A DNA stretch of 20,000 bases, taken from contig MEDX01000016.1 in assembly GCA_001724245.1 (NCBI GenBank), positions 60,113-80,112 on the forward strand, given 5' to 3'. Both the position numbers and the translations under genes were made by a program. The stretch is from Fonticula-like sp. SCN 57-25. Lineage: Eukaryota. The notes below the pieces were generated by a model. It did no database searches, was not told where the DNA came from, and worked only from the letters and a program-made list of their open reading frames with translations. Positions 1-11,701 of this stretch are shown here, in pieces; positions within the stretch are counted from its first letter, which is position 1; each line of letters opens with the position of its first letter.

Positions 1-3000
1 AGCAACTACCCTGATTTGCATCGCCTCTTGGATGAGGCCGCTGGCTTGGACGAGGAGCGCGTGGGTGAGGAAGAGGAAGAGTACATTGACGATCATGACT
101 TTGACGACGATGAGGCGGAAGAGGCCGAAGTGGTGAGCGACGATGACGACGAAGGCAGCGATTCGGCCAACGAGGCCGCCTCGGACGACGACGACACCGA
201 CGAGCATGAAGCGGGCTTTAACGCATTCCAATCCCGCATGCAGGCGCGGATCGCTTCCGAGTTTGGTCGGTCTCGGCGCATGAACCTGAACGGCAGGGAT
301 ATGCCCCACACGCCAGTTCCATCGCGCGCGAGGCCTGCCGATACGGTCCCGGACCTGCCCGTGGCGCCCAAGTCGCCGGCCGTCTTTGACGCAATCGCCT
401 TTGACAACGAGCGCGTTCGTGAACGGTACATGCAGCTTCTCCATTCCAAGCTCTTTGAGCGGCTCACGCAGGCGACGGTGGCGCGGCTCACGGGAGAGAA
501 TGGCCGCACTTTGCTGGCGGGACTGCGCGCCCTCGCGCTGCTTGCCACGCATGCCTCTGCAGAGAACCTTGCCGACGCGGTCCGCGTTTTCGGTGAAGCG
601 CTCAAGGCGGCGGTCGATGACGAGGGCCTCTGGGCGTCGAGCGCACAGTCGCTCGAAAAAATTGTGCATGTTGTGTCGCTTCTGCTCCTGTTTACCAAGC
701 GGGCAGCCGCGTACAAGGCGACCGACTCGCGCATTGTCGTCATCTCGATGGGCGACGCCGCGGCCAAGGGGGCTACACAGGCCATGGAATCCATCCAGGG
801 GACGCTGCAGACAATCGCCGAGTGCCTTGTTCGCATCGACAGCGCAGCGTTCGCGGTTCAAAGCCAAGATGTTCCCTTTGACACGCTCTCGCTGCCTCTC
901 GCCGAGGAGCCCGTCCCGCGCGAGTGGCCGTTCCTAAACGAAGTGTACGAGGCGCTGCGGATGGCCGAGGCGGCGCCGCTCTCTGTCGATCACCTGGAGC
1001 TGGTGCGTCGCGTCGCGCTCACGCAGGTCATGCGCGTGGCGCTCGCCCTCGTGCAAGCCGGCAGTCTTGGTCAAGCTGAGGTTGAGCGCTGGTCCGGTCT
1101 CGCGACGCAAGTGATGGCGCAGCCGCCGTTCGCAAAGGCCATCCCGTCCGCGGGCCTCCTCTTGGTCGCTGCGAGCGGCTCCCGCGACGCCGCGCTGATG
1201 AGCGTGGACGGCCTCGTTTACGAGTCTTTCCTTTCTCAGCTGCGCGAGCAGCTTGCCGCCGTCCTTGCGCGCGGCAATAGCTACATGGAGCACGCGAGTG
1301 CCGTGGCTCTTCTCCGCGCCATTCTGCGTCGTGTGAATGCACGCCCCGCGGGATGGGCTAAGTTCATCCAGTCGGAGGAAGGCCCGAGCGCCCTGGCGTT
1401 CCTCCTGAAGAACCTTCCGGGGCTGCCTGAGGACGTCGTCGTTCAGATCATTCACTTGTCGGCGGTTGGCATGTCGGGCGCGCCGCCGGTGGAAGCGTCG
1501 GCCAAGTCGAGCGATCGCACGCCGCTGGCACGGCTGCTGAGCATGACGGGCGTCGAGCGCTCGGAGGCTGATTCGTCGTCAAGTGGCAGCCCCAAGCCGC
1601 TGTCGCCGCCGCCCAGTGTATCTAGCGGACCCGATGATCAATTGGAGGCGCCGGCCGCCTACGCCGACATGCTTGAGCTCGTGTGCACACAGGAGCTGAT
1701 CCGCACCGCTGTTGGCGTGATGGTGGGCGTTGTCGCCAAGGACCGCGCGGCCGCCAGCGCGCTCGTCAAGCAGATCTTTGTAAAGTCGGACTGGTCGTTG
1801 CGTAGCACCATTTGCCATGTTTTGTGGTCGCTCCTTCCCAGCCTCCCCGCGTATGGGCCGCACTGCAGCGAGTTTGTTCAGCTGCTCGGCCAGCTCTTTT
1901 TGTTCATGAAGCAGGGTACGGATGCTGATACTTTCTTCTTTGTCTTGCTAAAATCCGCTTTAGCGCCGACTAGGTTTGATCCCGATAATGCTCATCTTGG
2001 AACGCTTGTCGAGGTTCTGGCCAAGCACAACCGGGCGATTGTGGGCCACGCCAACAGCGCGCTGTACGAGGGGCTCGAGCAGCACATGTCCATTGACGGC
2101 TACTTTTTGGAGAGCGGCGCCTGCTCTGGTTGCTTTGTGCACGAGCCTCAGCCGGCCGTCGTGGACCTGTCCGCGCCTCGCATTGAGTGCAAGTACTATG
2201 ACAGCGCCACGATGATTCGCTTCCCGCACCGCCTGACGTTCTCGAGCTTTACCATGAACATCTCCGGGGTGCTGTCCACTCGCACGGTTCGCAAGGTCAA
2301 CCTCTACTTTTCAAACAAGAGGGCGACCGACCCCAACGACCTGAAGAACTATGCCGAGACGTGGTCAAAGTGCGGAAGCGCGACGCTCTCGCGGACCCAG
2401 GTCAAGGTCACGATTGATTTTGAGATTCCCGTGACGGCCACCATGCTCGTCGTTGAGTTTTGGTCGTACTACGAGACGGGGTCGGAGGAATCGCTTCTCT
2501 GCCCGCGGTGCAACCGGCTGGTCACCGACCGCCACGGCATCTGCCGCAACTGCCACGAGAACGCCTTCCAGTGCCGCGCCTGCCGCAACATCAACTATGA
2601 GAACCTGCAGGGCTTTTTGTGCATCGACTGCGGTTTCTGCAAGTATGGCAAGTTTTCGTACTCTGTGAACGGGTGGCCGAGCGACGACGTCGACCGCGTC
2701 GAGACGGACCAGGATGAGAAGCAGTGCCTCGCGGTGATTGAGGCCGAGTCGCAAAAGGCGCGTGATACTGCACAGCGTCTGCAGCGCCTGCGCCGCCCGA
2801 TAGAGCGCGTGCTCGCCGGCACGTCGCGCGAGTCCGTCTCGGTGACCGAGGCGACGGACCCCCCCACGACCCACTCGTTGAACCGCAAGGTCGTGTTGCT
2901 CTCGCAGCTGTACAACCGCGAGGCGCGCTCGTCGTTCATTGCGCTGTCAAAGTCTGTGCGCGTGTTGGCATCTGGCCGCCGCGAGATTCTCGCCTTCCAT

Positions 3001-6000
3001 CTTGGCCGCTCGACGTCAACGGCCGCGGCGCCAGTCAAGGACCCGTCGCGCACCTGCTACGGTTGCCTTAGAAAGTATGTCCATGCGCTCGTTGCGCTGC
3101 TCGGGGACATTGCGCAGGCGGACCACGGCCACGCGGCGTTCCTTGTGGACCGCGACATCATCCAGGAGCTGCTGACGTACAATGTGCGTCGCGGCTCGGC
3201 GCCGATCGACCCGGTCGTGGCGCTCTTCTCGGCGCTTGTGGAGGACAACGAAAGCGCGACGCAGGTCTTCCTCGACGCGGTCACCTCCAGCATCCGCATC
3301 GGGCTGCAGCAGGCGTCGAGCATTGACCTCGGCGAGCTTGTGGGCTACGAGGTCGCGCTGCTGTGCAAGCTCGCGCTCATAGACGACGCCCTCTGGGAGA
3401 TGCGCCTCAAGCACGTCTTCCGGCTGTTCTTTACGGCTCTGCCGCTCTGCAACGAGCAACCGGTCGTGCTCGAGCGCCTGGTCCTGCCGTGCCTCGCCGT
3501 GATCATTCAGCGGAGCACGCTGGACAAGGACGCGGCGGCCACTGCGACTGATGCGCCGTCGTTAACCCCGGCGTCGTTCCCCGCGTGGATGTCGCAGGAC
3601 GACACGTACGCGAGCTGGCTGGCGCGCCGCGCCGCCCAGGCTTCCTTTGGCGGGTCGATGCGAGAAGCCGAGCTTGTTGCCAAGTACTATTGCAGGTGGC
3701 TCTTTACCGTCCGCGCTCGCCGCCGCCGCCTCAGTGGCGCGTCTGCCACGCCCGACGACATGTCTGCGCCGTCATCGCGCTGGCTGGGCCAGCTTTTGCT
3801 CACGCCATTGTCCAAGACGGTTCGCGAGCAGGCGGCCAAGCTCATTGCCGGCCTCGCTTCGTCGTCGCCATCTGTTGCCGTTCGCTTCTTGGACGTCCTG
3901 CGCCGACTGCTACCGCAGATGGCAGGCGCTCGCGAGAATGCTGCTGAGTACTTTGCGCTTCTCAGGCGCTTTGCAGAGCCGCATCGCATGTACCTTGCGT
4001 CCAAGGGCTTTGTTGGCGAACTGTGCGACGCCGTGGCTGGGTCGGTCGCCGAGCTGTCGCGACTCGACGGCGAGGGCATCTACGCAGAGGCGGATCTCTA
4101 CCAAGGGTTTGTGCTGCGCGAGCAGGTTACGCTGCTCGTGTCGCTTGTCGGCGAGGAACACGTCCGCCGCCGCATGCGCAAGCGCGTCAGCGAGCTGTTT
4201 ACGCCCCTGCTCGAGGGCTTCCTCGGACTGCGTGCGCTCGTGACGCAGCGCAGCAAGGTGACTGAAGAGTGCGCCGGCCTCGTCCTGCAGCTTATCCAGT
4301 CACTCTTGCAAGCGTCCGAGGCGGACACGGAGGCATACATCAAGGCTGCCGTCGAGGCGGCTGACCGCATCGTGGCGCGCGCGCCTCGCCCGCAGGGAAC
4401 GCTTAGCCGTACTTCGAGCCTCAGCTCGGGCGACGGCAGCATGCTTGATATCGACGACTGGATGGCGCCAACCATCCGCCGCCGCGCTCGGGTCATTGAG
4501 AGCGCGCGCAAGCTGCAGATTCTGTTTGAGCAGGTGTGCTCGGTGGTCCGGCCCGAAGCCCCCGCCGATGTCATCTACTTTGACCTGGTCAAGGTGGCCA
4601 CCCAGGAGGAGTTTATCCGCGGCTCGATGGTGGAGAACCCGTACTCGCACCTTGACGCCGGGCCGCTCATGCGCGACGTCAAGAACCGCATCTGCAACGA
4701 CCTCGACATGCAGGGCCTGATCGACGACGATAACGGCATGGAGCTGCTCGTCGACGACAAGATCATTGCGCTCGACCTCCCCGTTGACCGTGTTTATCGG
4801 CAGGTGTGGATGCGCGGCCAGGGTCGCGACAGGTCGCGCATGATGATTGTGTACCGCCTTCAGGGCCTGGACGGCGAGGCGAGCGAGGAGCGCGTCGATT
4901 CGCTCCCGGACGAGGGCGCGAACAAGGAAGACCCCGAGGTCGTCTTTGCGCTAACCAAGGTCATTGGTCGCAGCGGCGGCCTTCAGACGGTTCTCGGCGC
5001 GCTCAAGTGGACCAAGGCGCTCGGCGCCAGCCGCGAGCTGCTCGTGGTCCTGCTGCGCCTCTTGTCGTACTGCTCAAACGTGAAGGAGAACCGCGGCCGC
5101 TTGTGGGAGATGCACGCGCTCGGGACGCTTCTCGACTTGCTTACTTTTGCCTCGTCGCACGGCGTCGAGGACTCGCTGCTCACCGTTGTCGAAAGCATTG
5201 TCGCCGAGGCGAATATGCAGACGCAGATGCTGCAAGTACAGAGCACCGCCGACAGCGCCAACCACCTCAAGATCTTTTTGGACAAGATGTCGGCGCAGGC
5301 AGAGACGTCCAACCCTGCGTCTGTCGCGTACCTCACGCGCGTGCTCCCGTTCCTCGTGTACGGCGACGAATCCATCATGGAGGTATGTTTGTTTTCTCGC
5401 TTTTGTCAAATCTAATCTGGGTCGCGTAGATGCTGTACAAGTTCTTTGAGGCGAGCCTGCAGTGGTTCGACTACACTGACGAGTCTTCCACGTACTTTTT
5501 GGACCTCTTTGTGGACATTGCCGAGCACATCCAGCGTGACGCCAACGGCGACGGCCTGCGCACCTTTTTCTTCCGCCGCGGTGTCGTGAGCGGCGTGTGC
5601 ACATTCCTGAAGCTGTCGCGTCCCCGCGACGCCACGTCGGCCGAGGAGTGGGCAAAGCTGGTCGACCTGCACGTGCTGCCGCAAGCGCTGCGCCTGTTGG
5701 GCGCGCTTTGCCGCGGCGCCAACGTCGAGGAGCTCCGTCAACATGTTGTCCTGGAGCACGACGAGGTACTGACCGTGATCCATCAGCTCGAGCAGCGCAC
5801 GTCAGAGCGGCGCGTTGGGTCGCTCGCCGAGACCGTCCTGGACGAAATGGCGGAGACGGACGACGCCCTCGGCGAGCGCGTCAAGGCGATGCGCGATGAG
5901 ACAAAGGCCGACAAGCGCAAGCGCGCAATGGAACAGCGCGAAAAGATGCTCAAGGAACTTGGTTTTGAGCAAACGAATGGCGCCGGCGGCACTGTTCGTA

Positions 6001-7160
6001 TCGTGTCGTCTGCCAAGGTCGCCGACGCGGACAATGTTGACCTTGGCGAGGAAGAAGAGGGCGCCCTGCTGTGCTGCGTGTGCCGCGAAGGCTATCGCCA
6101 CCAGCCGACCGAGTCCTTTTTGATCTACGTTTACGGCAAGCCGGTCACCGTGTCGGTGACTGATCTCCCGATGACCCCCTCTGAGCGGTTTGTGTCGCAC
6201 GTTTCGCACTTTAACGTGATCCACGCGCGCTGCCACGCGTCTGCGATGCAGGCCGACCGCGGCCGCCAGCGCGAGGTATGGGAAGGTGCTTCGCTGCGCA
6301 ATAGCAACACCAAGACCAACTCTGTGATGCCCGTGCACGGCGGGTCTGTGCCGGACGACCGCTACGACCTGCTCGTCGACGCCTTCTTTTTGCGCTCGCT
6401 CCAGATTCTCGGCGGCGGCGCCGTGACCGGGAGCAGCTCTGCCGCCAACCGCTTCAAGCTGACTGTGCAGGACGTGCGCTCGCAGCTCATGCGCTTTGCG
6501 TTCCAGGAGCCGTTCCACACGGACGCGCTCGGCGGCGGCCGCGAGAGCAACATCCAGCTGATTCCCTTCCAGCTGCAGCTCGCGCTGCACCTCTGGGACA
6601 AGCTTCAGCCGGCGGAGCGCACGGCGGCAGAGTCGCTGCTGACGCGCGCCGCGGACGCCGACGCCCTAAAGTCGGCCATCACGCGCGCGATGGAGCCACA
6701 GGACGCGTGCTACGCCCTCGTTCTGACGCTGCTGCTGCGCACCGAGGAGCAGTGGAACGGCGTGCGCATCGCGCTGCTCAAGACGTGCATCGTCGAAGGG
6801 CAGTGCGCGAGCATGGTCAAGGAGGAGGACAGCTCGAGCCTCACGACGCCGACGGCCACCACGCGCGGCATCCTTCTCTTTTACACGCTCGTGTCTCTCT
6901 TCCACTCGGAGGTGTTCAACCAGACTCACAAGGAGGGCGAGGTGTGGCCGGCGCCGCGGCGCCAGCTGCTCAAGGAGGGGTACCGCGACGTGCTGGCGCG
7001 CGTCCGCGGCGTCCTCGAGACGTACGAGGAGGAGCTCGTTCACCTGGAGACGTTCCAAGAGTTCTTTGACGTGGCGGGTGTGTTGGATGACGTGATCAAG
7101 GAGAGTGGGTCAGCCGAAGACTTTGTCAAGGCGGTGGCCACATCGGCGGGTCTCATGTGA
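1..7160 (+). CDS. UBR4: E3 ubiquitin ligase UBR4/p600/BIG/Pushover homolog, 5'-truncated by the window; exons <1-1915, 1964-5382, 5430-7160 (~2354 aa in window)
   Basis: Frame is open from base 1. Motifs: Cys-rich CPRCNRLVTDRHGICRNCHENAFQCRACRNINYE..FLCIDCGFCKY; TQEEFIRGSM..NPYS..GPLMRDVKNRIC..GMELLV..KIIALDL; YRLQGLDGEASE; hemiRING CCVCREGY..SHFNVIHARCH; WEGASLRNSNTKTN; GGGRESNIQLIP. Intron 5383-5429 (GTATGT..CTAAT..TAG, phase 0) joins the two ORFs. A probable in-frame intron lies at 1916-1963. Confidence 0.95.
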
Positions 7161-7334
7161 GAATTATGTACCATACAGCATTAATAATAGCTTTCATTAT
7201 CGAGAACATGTTGGGCATTTAAGGACAATAGGCTTTCAGCGTTGTTGCATAAAACCCTGTCTTGAGACTAGAAAATGTGTTTCTTTTGCGTCAATTCATT
7301 AAATAATACTAATATACACATGATAAAGCAGAGC

Positions 7335-8278
7335 TCAGCCGCTGATCTGCGCGGCGACCTTGTCAAACGCATCAATGAGCTGCTCGATTGTTGGCCTGTC
7401 GGCCGGGTTGAGCGCGAGGCACGCCTTCATGAGGTCGACGAGCGGCGTCGGGTACCTCGGCGTCTTTGGCACGTTGAATGTACCGCTGCACGCCGCCGTG
7501 GCCGTCCCGTCAAACGGCGGCTGCCCGTACATGCACGCGTACAGCGTGCAACCGACCGACCAGATGTCTGACTTTTCCGTGATGCTCGCGCCGAGCGCGC
7601 CCGGCTCAAAAAGCTCTGGCGCGCGGAACGGCGCTGTGCACTGCGACGCGCACATATCCTTGAGCAAAGCGGCCTGTAGCGGCGTGTCGACCGGCGGGCG
7701 AGCAACCGCCACGCTGCCGAGATCGACCAGCACAACCGCGCCGCGGCCGTCCAGCATCACATTCGCGGGCTTGAGGTCGCGGAACGCGTACGGAGGATCG
7801 GAACGGTGAAACGCGCGGATCCCGCGAAGAATGCCGCGGAAGCTCGAGAGGATCGTCGGAAGGGCGTCGGTGGGATCCTGATAGGCGCCGGTCGCAATCC
7901 AATCCTGGAGCGTGCCGCGGCTCATCATCATCGGGAGGAGTAATAGGCCCACGCGGCGGCCATCAACATCAACGATGGCAGAGTCAACAAGGCGAATGAT
8001 GTTTTCTGTGCCTGCAAAGCGCTTGTGCATGTTCACTTCCTGCTCAAAGTCCTGTTCGGGCGGCATTAGCAGGGTGATTAACTGCCACGGGTGGTGCGCA
8101 CCGCTTTGCGCTCGGATATCGCGAGGGAGATCACCTTGAGCGCAAATGTCTCATGCGTCACTATGTCTCGGACATGGTAAACAATCGAGAAGCCTCCTTC
8201 GCCGAGCTGGCTAAGGACCTCTAGGTCGCGGCTGTTGAGCCGAAAGCGCTGCCGAAAGTACGACAGCAGCGCGCCCAT
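7335..8278 (-). CDS. STK16: NAK-family Ser/Thr kinase, STK16/Env7-like; exons 8278-8102, 8051-7335 (297 aa)
   Basis: N-terminal MG (possible myristoylation), LGEGGFSIVY, FALK, alphaC Glu in EQEVNMH, FRDLKPAN, DLGS, ASQCTAPFRAPELF (NAK activation segment), DIWSVGCTLYACMYGQPPF. Intron 8101-8052 (GTGCGC..CTAAT..CAG, 50 nt, phase 0). Confidence 0.88.
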
Positions 8279-8474
8279 CGTCGTGACGCGTCAAGAGCAA
8301 GCCGGTTTAGCGCGGGTCACGTGATTACGATTGGTATGTGTTTGGGGTTGAGTCTGGGGGTGATTCGAGTAAAATTGGGGGTTGACTAGTGGGCAGAGTC
8401 TGCCGTGGACGCGGGAGACGATCGTTTCACGCGAACTCGTGGCAGGGGCAATCTCACTCTCGACCACAGCCACG
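8279..8474. promoter_or_regulatory. Divergent (probable bidirectional) promoter, STK16 / receptor pseudokinase
   Basis: 196-nt head-to-head gap with palindrome TGACGCGTCA (8284-8293), E-box GTCACGTGAT (8316-8325) and reverse CCAAT box CGATTGGTA (8328-8336). Confidence 0.6.
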
Positions 8475-10109
8475 ATGAGCGGCTCGCGAATGCACCAGAG
8501 AGGGGCGCTTGTGCTTCTCCTGCTATTTTGCGCTGGCGCAGCGGCCGACACGTGCCTACCAGGCTGGTCGGGAGCATCGTGCGATGTCTGCGCCGTTGGA
8601 TATTATGGCTCGACATGTGTCGCATGCCCGAGCTGCGGGCCCGGCGGTTCGTGCAACGATGGCCTCGCGGGAGATGGCGTGTGCGTCTGCCGCCCGCAGT
8701 GGCAATTGGCGGATGGATCGTGCGACAAGTGCGTGTCGAGCATGACGGGCCCCACGTGCAGCGAGTGCGTTGATCCCGCGTACGATCCCGACACGCTTTG
8801 CGTCAAAACAATCAATCCCGATCCCGTTATCATCGGGTGTGTGATTGCCGGCGTTGTCTTTATGTTCGTCCTCATCCTGCTCGGCACGTACCTCATGGGG
8901 CGCCGTCCGACGAGATCTCACGCCAAAAACGAGTTTGCGCCTTCGACCCGCATGACGGTACGCTGCTGCCCATATTCATTTTCCTCTAACGGTCGCGCAG
9001 CTTTCCTTGCGTCGCCATGTGCCTGCCAAGCTGCCACCGGGGACCAGCCCGTCGACCGAGCCGCTTAACAGGGCCAAGACCGCAATGGACCTCGAAAAGG
9101 GCATTTCAGGCCTTAGAGACCCGCCGGCCGCAGTCCAGCTCCAGTCAACAGCCGCCCTTGTCATGGACGAAGAGACGGCCGACCACCAGCTGGTACGCAC
9201 AAATGCCTTTTGCGTTCCATCGCTAACACTGTATTTGCAGTCGCGTGCGGGCTTTGCGCTTGGTGAGCTGAACGACAAGGTTATAAAGGGCCGCTTCCCC
9301 GACGCCAAGGTCGCCGTGCGCACGTATGGCGCCGACCACACGGTGGAGCGCTTCATGGTCGAGGCGTCCATCATGTGGACGCTCGACTCGCATAGAAATG
9401 TGGCGCGGATGGCTGCGTGCGTTCCGTCGGCGCCATTCACGCTCATCCTGCCGCGCTACATGGGCGAGCTGCACAGCTGGCTGCACCACTCGGGCGACAC
9501 TGAGGGTCCACTGGAGCCGCACGTCATCGGCTCCATCGCCATGGGCGTGCTGTCGGGCGTCTCGGCCGTCCACGCGCTCCGCGTCGCGCACCTCGACATC
9601 CAGTCGTCCAACATTCTCCTCGAGATGCCAAAGGACGGCGGCAACGTGCCGACGCCGCTCATCGCCAACTTTGCCTACGCCGCCACAGAGTGCGTAAAGT
9701 CGTGTTTGGTATATTGTTGCTGACGCCAATGCGATTTATTAGCAAGCTGGCGGGGCCCGTGGCTGTGCGCGCCGTGCGCTACGCTGCACCCGAGCTGTTT
9801 ACTTATGCGAGCGCGGGCGCGACGCCGTCTCTCGAGGCCGCCGTCGCGATCGACGTGTACGCTGTCGGGTGCATTTTGTGGGAGGTGAGCGAGCGCGCGA
9901 TTCCGTGGGGCGACACGCCCGACGAGGATATCGAGGCAAAGGTAAAGGGCGGCGCGGTTCTGCCCCCGCTGCAGGAGAGGAGCGGCGGCGCCAACGCGCG
10001 CGTCCGGTCGTGCGTCGAGGCCGCGATCAAGGGCACGGAGAGCTCAGTGCCGGAGGAGCGCCCGTCGGCCAGTGGGATGCTGGCGGATATGATGTATTCG
10101 TTTTCCTAG
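8475..10109 (+). CDS. Single-pass receptor-like (pseudo)kinase: signal peptide, EGF/laminin-EGF-like Cys repeats, TM helix, TKL-like kinase fold; exons 8475-8957, 9001-9192, 9241-9689, 9743-10109 (~496 aa)
   Basis: Signal peptide ALVLLLLFCAGAAA; C.PGWSG.SC..C..GYYG.TC and CNDGLAGDGVCVC; TM VIIGCVIAGVVFMFVLILLGTYLM followed by GRR; kinase motifs VAVR, HLDIQSSNILL, ANFA, RYAAPE, DVYAVGCILWE..IPW, ERPSA. Introns 8958-9000, 9193-9240 and 9690-9742 each have a GT donor, CTAAC/CTGAC branch and AG acceptor and preserve the frame. Alternative start ATG at 8490. Confidence 0.85.
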
Positions 10110-10272
10110 GCGCATAATGTGCATTATTTGTTTCGCATTTTGTTCATTTGTTCGATTCTGTCGTTCCTCTATCAGTTTTGGTTGTTCTCCAGCGCCGACT
10201 TTGCGCGCAGTTTTCAGTTCATTATATTGTGCAATATACTAGTAAATTAACCTTCCATGTCAACAAGCAATA

Positions 10273-11419
10273 TCAAAAATGCACAATACACGTCTCACCA
10301 GGCTGCGCCTGGCACATCAGCACCCTTACGACGGTCTCGACGAGCTGGTCGGCGAGCGAGCGCGCGATGATGCGGTCCTCCCGCTCGGCTCGCTCTGCAA
10401 TCTCCAGCTGGACGCGCAGCGGCCCCAGTTCGTTGTACATGCACACGCGGCGGCTGACAAGGTCGCTATGCCGCTCGCTGTTCGCCTCCATCTCGGCCTC
10501 GAGGGCCTGCAGCTGGCCATCGATCCATGTCAGCTCTGCCTCCACAAACTTTGCCCGCTCGGCGACGAGCGACGGCGGTGCAGTCGGGTACGACGCGGCG
10601 AGCAGCGTGTACGGCGACGCCTGGCTCGACGGCGACAAAAGTTCGCTGCGCGCCGACTGCCATGCGTGCTTGCATCGGTGAAAGGTCTCCCACCAGCGGC
10701 GTCGATAAATGTCGGCCGCCAATGTCGAGGGGTGGCCCGCTTCGTCGTCCGGCTCAATTTCGTGCCACGGGCGGACGGAAAACCGAACCGCCCTGACGCT
10801 CTCGCGATGCCTCGCGTACATGGCGGGGTTTGCGTCGGCAAGGGGAGTAAAAAGCACGTCGGTGCACGAGAGGCGCCGCGCGTCAGCGTTCCTCCACTGC
10901 GGGAAAAACTCGTCAAGAAGCGCCTGCTCGGGGCTAGAGTCGGCATCGTCCCCAATTCCCATGCGAAGCTTTCGAACGCACATGTTGTCATAGATGCGGG
11001 CGGACGGGCTCGCGACAAAGAGGCCGGGATGCGGCGCGTCAGGCCACGTCGGGTCCGGCGAGGCCGTCAGCTCAGGGCGCTCAAACAGGTCGTCCAGGTT
11101 GCGGAGCACCAGCAGGTCGTGGTCAACAAAAACAACCTGTTTTCCTGAAGTTAGAAATGTACACGCACTTGGGCAAAAGTACCTTGCCGACACACTCAAG
11201 AGACCATGCGGCGAGCCGCCCACACTGCCCGTCGACCTGGCGGATCTCGTCGTATACGCGTGCAAGCTGCGTGCGGGATCCGGCTCCGATCGCGTCGCCG
11301 GCCGTCATGCAAATGAGCGGCCGCCTCGTCAACGTCTCCTTCAAGGACGCGCCGAGCACGAGCGCCCCCACTACATCGTCTTCGGTCCTCACCAGCGTCG
11401 CGTACGCCTCGGGCGGCAT
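10273..11419 (-). CDS. Glycogenin-like glycosyltransferase family 8 protein (degenerate) with C-terminal coiled coil; exons 11419-11183, 11136-10273 (~366 aa)
   Basis: EAYATL..GALVLGASLK..TRRPL, WSL...KVVFVDHDLLVLRNLDDLFERPELTASPDPTWPD, GLFVASPS, FF.QW, RPW and RWWE.F follow glycogenin motif order. Intron 11182-11137 (GTACTT..CTAAC..CAG, 46 nt). A possible last intron at 10298-10252 would end the protein at ..QAQPG. Confidence 0.82.
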
Positions 11420-11701
11420 CAGGGGTTCAGTGTTCTCTGTCGCGTTGCGACACAACGACGTCACCCAAAAGCGTCGGGTGATGATGCGACATCTTTTGCA
11501 TATAGCCTCAATGGGACCTTACAGGTGTAAAATAGTAGCTTCAATGCACAAATGGCGCCTTGCTCGACACGAACAGCAAATTGTGGTCTGGGGCGTCATC
11601 TCCACCGCCTCAGGCCCACTTTGCTGTTTGCATGTTGACAAAAATGCGCGATTCTGACCAATCAAAATCGCGACCGACCGGCGCGGCTGTGGTGGCCCAA
11701 C
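11420..11701. promoter_or_regulatory. Divergent promoter, glycogenin-like / adenylate cyclase
   Basis: 282-nt head-to-head gap with CRE-like CGACGTCA (11456-11463) and CCAAT box TGACCAATCA (11655-11664). Confidence 0.6.

Noticed and set aside
45-210. GAN-rich low-complexity tract
   Set aside because: Encodes an acidic linker of UBR4; not a separate repeat element.
5383-5429. Apparent frameshifts or split genes suggesting pseudogenes or recoding
   Set aside because: Each break is explained by a canonical short GT-AG intron.
8082-8134. Alternative STK16 intron GTGATC..GGCAG
   Set aside because: Weak donor and no clear branch point. 8101-8052 has GTGCGC, CTAAT and good Lys-to-alphaC-Glu spacing.
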